From Malassezia furfur (Eukaryota), in assembly GCA_052055015.1 (NCBI GenBank), contig JBQJIT010000012.1: a DNA stretch of 20,000 bases, one strand, 5' to 3'. Below the pieces are notes generated by a model. It had not been told where the DNA came from. It made no database searches and saw nothing but the letters and a program-made list of their open reading frames with translations. Below, piece after piece: positions 1 through 9,542 of this stretch (position 1 is the stretch's first letter; every line of letters starts with the position of its first letter). A program made the position numbers and the translations under genes.

Positions 1-2841
1 GGTCGCCCTCGACCGCCGCACGCAGGCGCAGTAGCGACTCGGGACCCGCAGCAAACTGCGTCTCCACAGCATAGTAGCGCTCCAGCAGCCGCGCGAGCGT
101 CGTGATCTGGAAGTGGCGCAGCGAGCCCGAGCCGTAGGCATCGAGCAGCGTGTAGAGCGGCGTCACATTGGTCTCTAGGTTCATGCGCACCGTCGCGTCC
201 GCCGTGTTGGCCACCGCCAAGTCGAGCTCGGCACGCAGCTGGTCGGCAGGGAAGGTGCCTTGGCCGGGTGCCACGGCGTCAAGCGTCGCACGCAGCGTGT
301 CCTCCAGGCGGCCGGGCAGGCGGCCGTGCAGGCTCGCGAGGATTTGGAGCACCTGGTAGTACGGCAGCTGCGGGTCCGACATGGTCATCATCAGCTCGTT
401 GACGCTCTCCGGAACGCGCTCCTGCTCGTCGTACCCGTCCAGCACCGACTCAAGAACGCGCAGCGCGGCCTCAAAGCGCTGGTGCGGCTTCGAGCCGTGG
501 ATCTCCGGCAGGCCGTAGTCGGGCAGGCGCCCGTCGAACGGCACCGCACGCTGGATCTTGCTGGCGTCGTCCACGGTGAGCACACCGAGCAGGTCACCGG
601 GGTTGAGCGACACGCCAGGCGTCTTGACAAAGGTGATCAGGCCGTCTTCTTGCGCGAGGAGCGGCAGATACATCTTCATCACCTCAATCTCCGCAATCGT
701 CTGGCCCGCTGTGACGTGGTCGCCACTCTCCACCAGCAGCCGGACGAGCTTTCCGGGCGACGGGCTGCAGATCTGCGTCGGGTCGTTCTCCTCCTCGATC
801 ACGCACGTGCGCCCATCGATGGTGAGGCGCGTCTGACCGACCTCGTCGAGCCAGTACGTGGGGTACGACTTGCCGGCCAGGCCGATCAGCAGACCTCCGT
901 CCGACAGCGTGTGCAGCGACACGCGCGTCACACCGCCGTTCAGCTCAAGCGTCCAGTGGCCCGGCGACGCACGCGTCGCGGTGAAGCGGTACTTGTGGTT
1001 CTCGTAGATGAACTCCACTGGGAACGTGATCCGGATCGTATTGCGCGGTGGCACCTGGCCACGGTGCAAAATGCGCTTAAACTCTTCGACGCACTCGCTC
1101 GCCTGTGTATGCGCCTTGATCATCGCGCCGCAAATCACCGCGAGGTCGCGCGGCGGACGCTCGGCGGTAACCTGCTCCTGGATCAGCCCATCGAGCCAAC
1201 CGGTGGTAATACGGTTTTCAGCAAAGGCCTCCATCTCAAGCAGCATGATGAGGTACTCGACCGTGGTCCGGAACTCGCCACGGATCGAAATCTCTTTCAG
1301 ACTGAAGACCATGTGCTTGCGCGCCTCTTCACGGTCCTTGCCGTACGCAAAGATGTGACCGAATTGCGAGTCGGCATACTCGTGCAGCGCACCACTGGTG
1401 CTCACGCTAAAGTAGCCCCACGTCGACGTGCTCGAGCGGAAGTTGAGCTCGGACAGGGAACCCACGCCGGGCTTGAAGCCCGTGTCAGGGTTCTCAGCGG
1501 TAATACGACACGCAATGACGTGGCCGTGCGGCTGCGGCTCGCGCTGCTCAGCGGTGCGCAGCGCGGGGTTGTTCTCGTCAAAGTCGATCGACGTCGTGCC
1601 CTCCATCTCAAGGCCATACAGCCGGCGGATCTCGGCAATACGGTTCAGCGGGATGCCCATGGCAATCTGCAGCTGCGTCGCGGGAATGTTGACGTCGGTC
1701 ACCATCTCAGTGGTGGGGTGTTCGACTTGCAAGCGGGGGTTCAGCTCAAGGAATGCAAACTCGTCCGTGTCCGGCGAATAAAGCCACTCCACCGTACCAG
1801 CGGAGACGTAACCCACCAGCTTCGCAAGGCGCACCGCAGCTTGCTCCATCTGCTTGCGGGCAAGGGGCGGAGCCACCGTCACGGGTGCCTCCTCAATGAT
1901 CTTTTGGTGACGGCGCTGCACGGAGCAGTCGCGGCCGAACAGGCTAATCGCATTGCCGTACTGGTCGGCAATCAGCTGCACCTCCAAATGCCGTGCCTGG
2001 CCGGCAAGCTTCATGATGAAGATGGGCGAGCCAGGAACCTCACCAACAGCGGCATGGTAGAGCTGCGAGAATTGCTCGGGCGCCATACACTTGCGAATGC
2101 CCTTACCACCACCGCCCTCGCTCGCCTTGATCATCACGGGGAAGCCAATTTTGATGGCACAGTTGAGACCCTCCTCGGCGGAGTGCACACACGCACGCTG
2201 GTACACATCGTCCGACACGGTCAGGTACCCTTCCTTGCCGACCATTGTCTCCTTGATCCCGGTGCCCGACCACTGCAGGCACGGCACGTCAGCGTGCTGC
2301 GCGACGATCGTCGACGAAATTTTGTCGCCCAGCGACCGCATCGCCGAGCCGGGCGGACCGATAAAGAGGATGCGCGGCTCCAGACGCGCAAGCGACTCAG
2401 GCAGCCGGGGGTTTTCGGACGCATGGCCCCTGTCGTCAGTGGGTGTCGAACGTACCATCCTGCCCACACCGCATGCACACCGGCGCGTTCGGCAACGTCG
2501 ACAATCAGCTCGACGTTTGCGTAGTTGTTGCCGTTCGGGCCGCCAGGCACTTCGACGTAGTTGTCTGCCATCCGAATGTACTCTGCATTCACGCGAAGGT
2601 CTTCAGGCGTGGCCATCACGGTGAACTGGATGGCGCGATCGTCGCCAAACGTCTGATACGCCCATTTGCGCACCGAACGGATCTCTTTCACGGCTGCAAT
2701 ACCGTTATTGCAAATGAGGATTTTCGTGATGACACTGTGACCACCGTGCGAGCGCACAAATTCAGTCACCATGCCCGGCGGGGCGTCGCGGAGCGTGGTC
2801 CCACCATAAAAATGCTCATCGACTTTTGGAAGCTCGGTCAT
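1..2841 (-). CDS. ACC1: Acetyl-CoA carboxylase, N-terminal part (biotin carboxylase + BCCP); runs off the left edge. Exons 2841-2456 and 2429-<1
   Basis: [51 protein letters not shown]. Removing the 26-nt intron 2430-2455 restores VWAGW|GHASENP. Biotin-attachment motif [10 protein letters not shown] near 660-690 is in the same frame. Confidence 0.97.
2430..2455 (-). other. Spliceosomal micro-intron, 26 nt (ACC1)
   Basis: GTACGTTCGACACCCACTGACGACAG; removal restores WAGWGHASE. Confidence 0.92.
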
Positions 2842-3403
2842 TTTCACAGAAAAGGCACGAGTTGGGGATGCTGGGTGTAGCACCTTGCGCCTCCTCGTGT
2901 ATTTCCAGCGCGTCTAGACACGGTTCTGCTTCTGGGGATATGATCCACTGCACGACGAAACCGCAGCCCAGAAGACGCCAAACCGGCTCGACTCAACAAT
3001 GTTAGGAAGACCCTATGTTCGTGCGCGCGCGCCGCCTGTCACCGCCGAAAATAGCTTACGTGAATATTCCGGCGCCAACAGGGGCTTCACGGCCGACAAT
3101 CCAGGCCCAGCAAATCGGAGTTCCGGATATCGGACGCGCCGCCTCGCCGCCCCCGCTCAATGTGACCAATCACTGGGGTAGAATTGGCCTCCCCGGAACC
3201 AGGGGTCACAGCGGGCGCCAGCCATGACCATACGCGGTCTCGAAAAAGCCAGTGCATACTACAGGTGTATTCGACATGCGCGTCGCGCCTTGGCAGGTAC
3301 ACAACGTCGGCGTACCCACAGGGACTATCCAACAGGCGCGCAGTGCCCAATTGCCCGTGAACACGCAGTAGATATTCGTCGATACGAAGCTTTTTAGCCC
3401 GAC

Positions 3404-4487
3404 TTAGTGCTTGCCAGCGTTCTTCGGTGGGTCGTACACAATCTTGCGGTTCATGATCGGCGACCACTTGAAACGCTTGGTCCACACGGCCAGAGCAAAC
3501 ATGCTCGAAAGAAGGATGATGGCACGGAAACCAGCGCGCTTGCGTTGGTCCTGCTCGGGCTCCGAAGCCCAGTGCCTGAACGGTCAGTCGAGTGCGGGCA
3601 ACGTACAAGAAGGTGACGACGTCCTTGGCCATCTGGCTCGTCGTAGCCGGAGTACCGTCGGGGTATTCCACAATACCGTCAAACAGGACACGCGCCATGG
3701 CAATCTGGGTGCCCGGGAAGAACGGGTTGTAGTTGAGACCCTCCTGGACGTTGAAGCCCGCAGGCGGGTCGCAGTAGCCGGTAAGCAGCGAGAAGACGTA
3801 GTCAGCACCACCGTGGCGAGCCTTGATGATCAGACTCAGGTCCGGCGGCAGAGCACCAGCGTTCGCAGAACGCGCGGCCTCCTCGTTGGGGTAGGGGCTC
3901 GGCAAATAGTCCGCAAGCTTACCAGGGCGCTGGAACATGTCACCATCGTCGTTCGGGCCGTCGGTGTATTCCACCTCGGAAGCCATGTCCTTGGCCTCGT
4001 CCACGGTGTGCGACACACCAACCAGGTTGCGCCAGGCAATGCGCTGCAGCGAGTGACAAGTCGCACACACCTCCTGGTACACCTGGAAGCCACGGCGGAT
4101 CGACATGTGGTCGTAAGTGTCAAACCAGCCAAGCGACGACCAGCGGTACGCAGGCGGGTGCAGGCCCTCCTCAGCAGGGCTGCTGGCGCTCAGCGAGTCC
4201 ACGAAGGGAAGCTCGCCGTACACCTGCTGATACCAGACCACCGAGCCGACAGCGACGGCGGTCGCGGCAATCGCCGAGGTGCGCGAAGTAAGCGCCGACT
4301 GCAGGATAAGCGTGCGCTTCGCATACGTACCGAAACCTTCGACTCAGCGCGAGTGGAAGCGAAACGAACCTGCGCGGTCAGCATTCCATCCGGCACCCTC
4401 GTATCAACGTACAGGCTGCGCGGGAGCCGCCTTGAACAGCGAGCGGGCCGCAACGGCACGGGCAGAAGAAGAGAACAGCTGCGCCAT
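3404..4487 (-). CDS. CYT1: Mitochondrial cytochrome c1, ~325 aa. Exons 4487-4413, 4369-4331, 4298-3607, 3575-3404
   Basis: Heme motif [32 protein letters not shown]-terminal [11 protein letters not shown] + TM + [16 protein letters not shown]-terminal presequence [19 protein letters not shown]. Three GTACGT..CAG introns (43, 32, 31 nt) restore the frame. Confidence 0.96.
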
Positions 4488-4687
4488 ATTACAGTTAAGG
4501 TGCACGAGCAAGATACTTGGGGCTGGCGCTCCGCGTAATTGCCTTCACCTCAATGGGTATGGATACAGTAAAACACGGGTCTCGCAAATTTCGGCCATTG
4601 CCCTCACTCCCACGGCTTCTTCGCCCGACTCGGTTTTCGCCAACCAGTCCAGCACGCGCCGATTTCCCATCGGCCGGTACGGCTGGA

Positions 4688-4694
4688 CCAATCA
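4688..4694 (+). promoter_or_regulatory. CCAATCA box (HAP complex candidate) in the CYT1/ABZ2 divergent promoter
   Basis: GACCAATCAG ~200 nt upstream of the CYT1 ATG. CYT1 is a known HAP target in yeast. Confidence 0.4.
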
Positions 4695-4785
4695 GCGCAC
4701 CAGCATTTCTAGGCGAGCCACGCACCGGAAGCGACCGGAAAGCGTGTGGAGGCCACGTGGAAGTCCTGACGCGAAGCGGCACACC

Positions 4786-5643
4786 ATGCCGAGCGTGCAA
4801 GAGCCAGTGCCGGGCGAGGCGTTTACGAGCGTGCGGTGCTTGCGCGACGCAGCACCGACAGCGTGTTCGGCAGACATACTCCTTCCGGATGCACTGAGGG
4901 GACAGGGCCGCGAGGCATCCGCCTCGTCGGATGACGCGCGCATCCTGCAGCACCCTCTGGCCGCGCACGTCCCTCTTTGGACCGCGCACGTCCATCGCCT
5001 CGTCCAGTCATCCACGCAGCTTGCCCAGCTCTTCCCAGAGCTGTGGGGGCATACTGTGTGGAGTGTAGAGACCATCCTCACGTCTGACGCCGTTGCTCAG
5101 CTCTGGGAGCACGTCCAAACCATCCAGGGCACCGATACAGTGCAGCTCCGCGCCAGTCTCCGCCTTGCACAGGACGGCTCGTCTCGCGCAGTGGTGGCCG
5201 CATTTCCGCTCGAGAGTGTGGAGCCGGTCCCTGTGCGGCTCGATACCCAGCCGACTTCGCTCCAGAGGACGACCATCGCGCTCAAAACGGACCTGCGCGC
5301 AGAGTACGACACCAGTCGGCAGCGCGTGCATGCTGACCTTGCGGGCAAGCTCCCGAATACATGCTTCGACGCCTTGCTGTGGAAGGAAGGCTCCTCGGAG
5401 CGCGAGCGTTGGCTCACTGAGGCAAGCATTGCCAACATCGTGCTTCACGTGCCGGGTCAGGGATGGTTTACCCCGCCTTTTGACGGCCTCTTGCCGGGTT
5501 TGCTTGTCCAGGAGCTGGTGCGCAGCGGTCGCGTACAGCAGCAGCCACTTGCGGTGGATACGGTACGTGCACAGCTCGCGTCTGGCGCGCAGCTGTGGCT
5601 CGGAAATGCGGTCCGGGGACTATTTCCGGTGGTATGGGAGTAG
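4786..5643 (+). CDS. PLP-dependent aminotransferase class IV family protein, probably 4-amino-4-deoxychorismate lyase (ABZ2-like), 285 aa
   Basis: Motifs FTSVR, LWTAHVHRL, LKTDLRAEYD (candidate PLP lysine), DALLW, LTEASIANI, WFTPP..GLLPG, LGNAVRG match the fold-type IV / fungal Abz2 pattern. ATG at 4786 is in ACACCATG context. Confidence 0.75.
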   Translation: MPSVQEPVPGEAFTSVRCLRDAAPTACSADILLPDALRGQGREASASSDDARILQHPLAAHVPLWTAHVHRLVQSSTQLAQLFPELWGHTVWSVETILTSDAVAQLWEHVQTIQGTDTVQLRASLRLAQDGSSRAVVAAFPLESVEPVPVRLDTQPTSLQRTTIALKTDLRAEYDTSRQRVHADLAGKLPNTCFDALLWKEGSSERERWLTEASIANIVLHVPGQGWFTPPFDGLLPGLLVQELVRSGRVQQQPLAVDTVRAQLASGAQLWLGNAVRGLFPVVWE

Positions 5644-7976
5644 CTATTGTACATAGGCGTCCGCACGCAGCAGTGTTCCCACCTGCTTGCTCAGCGCCTG
5701 GCCAATCTTGCGCCGCGCAACGTATACGTCGTCATCAATGACTGCACTAAGGAAGTCGTCCGCAGCGCCGCCCGTTTGGGCCGCGTATGTGCGCCAGGCG
5801 CGATGCAGCGAAAGCGGCGTCGGCCAGCGTTGTACGATTTCCTGTGCCTTTTCAGGCGAAAGGCGGCGGATGCATAAGAGCATCTTGGTCCAGACATCTT
5901 GCAGCGTGTTGGCTGCGCTGCCTTTGCCGTGCAGTGCCTGGAAGGTGTGGTAAGACGTGTGAAAAGGGGTATGTGACTGCTGCGCGCGTAGATGGCTCTG
6001 CAGCGTATCGTAGTGTTCACGATCGATCATTTCGTCGCGGATCACATGCAGCGGCTGGTGGGTATACATCTCGTGCAGGAGCCGGTTCACGTTGGCAAGG
6101 AAATCGGCGGTGCCTTCGTTGTTCGCCGAACGATGCACAAAAAAACCGTCGATGATCTGGGTGCTGCTCAACGCAGTTTGGATTCGGTCGCCGTGGCGTT
6201 GCACAAGGTTTGCAACGTCCACGTCCTCAATCAAGTAGAAGATCCGGCCCAACCCAGATGCGCGGAGACGTTGCTGCGTAAGAGACGCGTCGTACCTTTT
6301 GGTCATGCCAGCGCCCATCAAAGATACTCGACGTCAGGTCGTCCAGTCGCTTGCGCTCCACGACGGCATCTAGTACCACCTCCTGAACTAAATTCCATGG
6401 CTGTGCGTCTGATGGCGGCAGGTTCGGTTTAGGACGGGCGACCCAGAGAATGTCGCCTAGCTCCAGCGCACGCAACTCGCACTCCACGCCACGCCGGCGC
6501 ATCGCCTCCTCAAACGTGACGCGGCGACCGGCGTCGGGGCCATGATGGGATCTGGAACGCACTTCCCGATGGTCCATGATCATGTGGATGGTATACGAGT
6601 CCGGCGGAAGACAAATGCACCCGAGCGGCGTCCGCGCAGACTCCGGCGCAGGGGGCACCAGCTCGGCGCCGTGCACACTGGGGCTCGAGCTGATCAGCGT
6701 AATGGACGACTGCCGGTTCGAAAGCGGCGAGTGGACCACCATGGGACTGGAGCGCGACCGGTCTTGAATAATTGGAGACGAGTCGATGAGCGAGATGCTG
6801 ATGCGAACCGGTTCCATCGGCTGTGCAGAAGACACATGTTCGCTCGCAACGTAAACGTCGTCTTGGGACGAGCGCACCAGGTCCACAACGACATGTTGGG
6901 TAGGCTCCAAATCCGGCTCCACCTCGATCCCATCGTCCACCGAGAGACCCGATTGCGTCGACGTGGTTCGTTTCCAACTACGCCGCTCAGGCCCCTCGAG
7001 AAAGTGCTTGCGCGGCGGTAAGTAGAGCCGGTTCATGGGGCGCTCCGGTCCAGCGGACGTTTCCGGGGTCGTCTGCAAAACAGCTGGTGTCGGAGCAGGT
7101 GGAAGCTGCGAGGGTAGGTCCGGGGGTCGATCGTGCGAACGCCGTGGCTGCGACGCGGTGTCGCCAGACAGGGGATCGGCCGATGGAGTGGACGTAGTCG
7201 TGCCCGCCGCCGTCACTTCTGCCGCAGGGTTCGTCACGCCCTCGGCCTCAGCAAGTACGCGTGCAACACTCAAGCCTTGCTCGCTCAGGTAAAACAGGGG
7301 AGGGTTGCCGGAGCGGTAGACGTACGCCTTGTCGATCAAGGTCTTCATGGCGCTCCATGCCGTGATATACGACCGCCGTGATTGCGTAAATTGGCTTCCA
7401 GAGCCACGGTGGGACAGAGAAGAGGGAGCGGATGTACGCGACCCACCGCCAGGCACCGTATAGTCACTGTCGCAAAAGGGCTGGGCCCGTGCGATCAGTT
7501 CGGCCTTGCCAACCTGTGCATCATCCTGCTGGTCTTCGAGGACCTTGGTAAAAATGCCCACAAGAATGCCATGCGCGCCAGAACGTGGCTCTGGAACATA
7601 TTCCTTGCGTGGCCTTCGCGCCCGCGTCGTCGGCGCGGCTCGTGGGGGTCGTGAAGCAGCCTCGCTCGACCGCGACATCGATGCTGCATGAGCGGCGGCA
7701 CGTACGTAGTTCTGGAATAGAGTGACCATGCTCCATGCACCATTGTGCGTACTCCTTTTCGAGTCGCTTGGCAATCGAGTCGCCAATGCCTGCGAGGCGC
7801 ACCGTTTCGCGAGGGTGTATGAACGGCTCCGTGGCAGCGGCTAAGGAACGGTGCGCCTTTTGGTAGGCAGAGGCCGCTTTCAATCCCTTGGAGCGCGCAT
7901 CCTCGGCCCAGGTCCGCAAGAATTCAAGCCATACACAGTTGGGATGCACGTCGGCACCATGTTCGTGCGCCTGCAT
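5644..7976 (-). CDS. MUS81: Crossover junction endonuclease Mus81, ~762 aa. Exons 7976-7706, 7683-6296, 6273-5644
   Basis: N-terminal HhH (AYQKAHRSL..LAGIGDSIAKRL), winged-helix region (YVPEPRSGAHGIL..TAWSAMKTLIDK), ERCC4 nuclease (DHREVR, LELGDILWV, VERKRLDDLTSSIFDGRWHDQK|QRLRASGL..YLIE), C-terminal HhH. Two 22-nt introns join the three ORF-track pieces. Confidence 0.95.
6274..6295 (-). other. Spliceosomal micro-intron, 22 nt (MUS81 intron 2)
   Basis: GTACGACGCGTCTCTTACGCAG; removal restores the conserved DGRxxxQKxRL..SG. Confidence 0.9.
7684..7705 (-). other. Spliceosomal micro-intron, 22 nt (MUS81 intron 1)
   Basis: GTACGTGCCGCCGCTCATGCAG; joins two frames. The next two AGs (41 and 45 nt) are out of frame. 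Confidence 0.8.
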
Positions 7977-7994
7977 ACCCTAAAGGAGAGACCA

Positions 7995-8007
7995 ACGCGC
8001 GACGCGT
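7995..8007. promoter_or_regulatory. Tandem MCB-like element ACGCGCGACGCGT upstream of MUS81
   Basis: Contains a perfect ACGCGT at 8002-8007 plus an adjacent CGCG, 20-30 nt from the ATG of a DNA-repair gene. Confidence 0.35.
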
Positions 8008-8245
8008 TCTGTCACGTGCCGCTCGACGACTTGGTGCGGCGGCTTCGCACGACGGTGGTAGTGCAAGGATGCGGTTCAGCCAGACGGCTGCGCGGAGAGG
8101 ATTGATCGTGTGCAAGGCTTTTATTTTAGATAGCACTGATATCACCAAGACCAAGCTTGGCGTGCTCTCTACCTAGAAAGATATGTGCCAACAAGAGCAT
8201 AGAGAGTTTTCCGTGTGCATCAGCAGCAGTCTCTGCAAAACACAA

Positions 8246-8837
8246 TTAGTACAGAGGAATGAAGCGGCTCCTGTGGTTAGCACATCGCTGCAGGCGAGTA
8301 CGTACGCATCCTTGCCCAGGCTACCCTTGCCGTGGCGCGTGGGGATGTAGCTGATAGCCAGCTCACCAAGGTAGTGGCCGGTCATCTCGGGCTTGATCTC
8401 AACGGTGGTGAAGACCTGTACGTTAGCAAACATGTTCTGGCGCTTCAGTACAAACCTTGCCGTTGTAGATACCAATGACGGAGCCGATCATCTCGGGGAC
8501 CACAATCATGTTACGCAGGTGCGTGCGGACCACCGCGGGCTTCTCGTTAGGGGGAGTCTCCTTCTTCGCCTTGCGCAGCTTCTTGATCAGAGCCATGGGG
8601 CGGCGGGTGAGACCACGCTGGAAGCGCCTGCGGGCGCGAGCGTGGACGAGCTTGACAAAGTCCTCGTTGGGCATGTCCAGCAGCTGGTCGAGCTCCACGC
8701 CGCGGTACTGGAACTTCTTGAAGGTCCTCTTGCGCTTCAGCTCAGCGGCGGCAGCAGCGTCGTAGTCATCCCTGTGTATGGTCAGTATACTGTTCACAAG
8801 ACGAGGCGCGGGTCGGCCTGCGCTCCGGTACGCACAT
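8246..8837 (-). CDS. RPS15: 40S ribosomal protein S15 (uS19), ~150 aa. Exons 8837-8836, 8771-8456, 8415-8306, 8270-8246
   Basis: [68 protein letters not shown]-terminal SRFIPL. Introns of 64, 40 and 35 nt. Confidence 0.95.
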
Positions 8838-8902
8838 CTTCGGTGAGTCTGTGGATAGGAGGAGACGACTCGCGCGGACGGTGCAAAGGGAGGGGCACTC
8901 CC

Positions 8903-8938
8903 TCACGTGCCGACTATAGTTCTGGTATAATCACGTGA
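8903..8938. promoter_or_regulatory. Two TCACGTG E-boxes (Cbf1-type) in the RPS15/RPP2 bidirectional promoter
   Basis: TCACGTGC at 8903-8910 and TCACGTGA at 8931-8938. Confidence 0.5.
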
Positions 8939-9092
8939 CGAGCCACAGCTTCGCAGACTGCGGCGTGCGAGGCGAAAGTGGGCGCGCGGCGCGGCAAGGC
9001 TCATCTTTAGACCTCAAGTCTTCCTGTGGGACCAAAGCGTACAACGCGGATTTGTGGTACACCTTCTTCAACAACCTAAAAACCTGTAAACA

Positions 9093-9419
9093 ATGAAGCT
9101 CATTGCTGCCTACCTGCTGCTTTCGCTCGCGAACGAGAACCCCTCGGCTGAGGACATCACCAAGCTCCTCAGCACCGTCGGCATCGAGGCCGACTCGGAG
9201 CGCCTTGAGAAGCTGATGTCGGAGCTCAGCGGCAAGGACATCAACGCCCTCATTGCAGAGGGTCAGGAGAAGCTGGCCTCGGTCCCCTCGGGTGGCGCTG
9301 TGGCTGCTGCGCCCGCCGCCGGTGGCGCCGCTGCTGGCGAGGCTCCCAAGGAGGAGGAGAAGAAGGAGGAGGAGAAGGAGGAGTCCGACGAGGACATGGG
9401 CTTCGGTCTCTTCGACTAA
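9093..9419 (+). CDS. RPP2: 60S acidic ribosomal protein P2, 108 aa, intronless
   Basis: [10 protein letters not shown] start, Ala/Gly hinge, canonical C-terminus [13 protein letters not shown]. Confidence 0.97.
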   Translation: MKLIAAYLLLSLANENPSAEDITKLLSTVGIEADSERLEKLMSELSGKDINALIAEGQEKLASVPSGGAVAAAPAAGGAAAGEAPKEEEKKEEEKEESDEDMGFGLFD

Positions 9420-9542
9420 ACGTGTCGTCCTCTGTGGCGTATTTGCGCTACGCAAAACGCTCTCCTGATCAAAAATACGGCGCGCTCATAGTCGGTATGT
9501 CCGGTAGTTCGGTCTGCTATGTGTTCGCGACGCATACGTGCG

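Noticed and set aside
260..2524. 754-aa ORF on + strand
   Set aside because: Antisense shadow of ACC1 caused by GC-rich codon bias; no recognisable motifs.
2917..3403. Longest spacer, examined for tRNA/ncRNA or a small ORF
   Set aside because: No cloverleaf, snoRNA boxes or credible ORF seen; only CCAAT boxes (3166-3170, 3183-3187). A covariance-model search would be needed to exclude an ncRNA.
3411..4538. 375-aa ORF on + strand
   Set aside because: Antisense shadow of CYT1.
4279..4785. 169-aa N-terminal extension of the ABZ2-like ORF
   Set aside because: Starts at a non-ATG codon inside CYT1 and crosses the divergent promoter; ATG 4786 is the plausible start.
9345..9395. GAG/AAG repeat tract
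   Set aside because: Encodes the normal acidic tail of P2.
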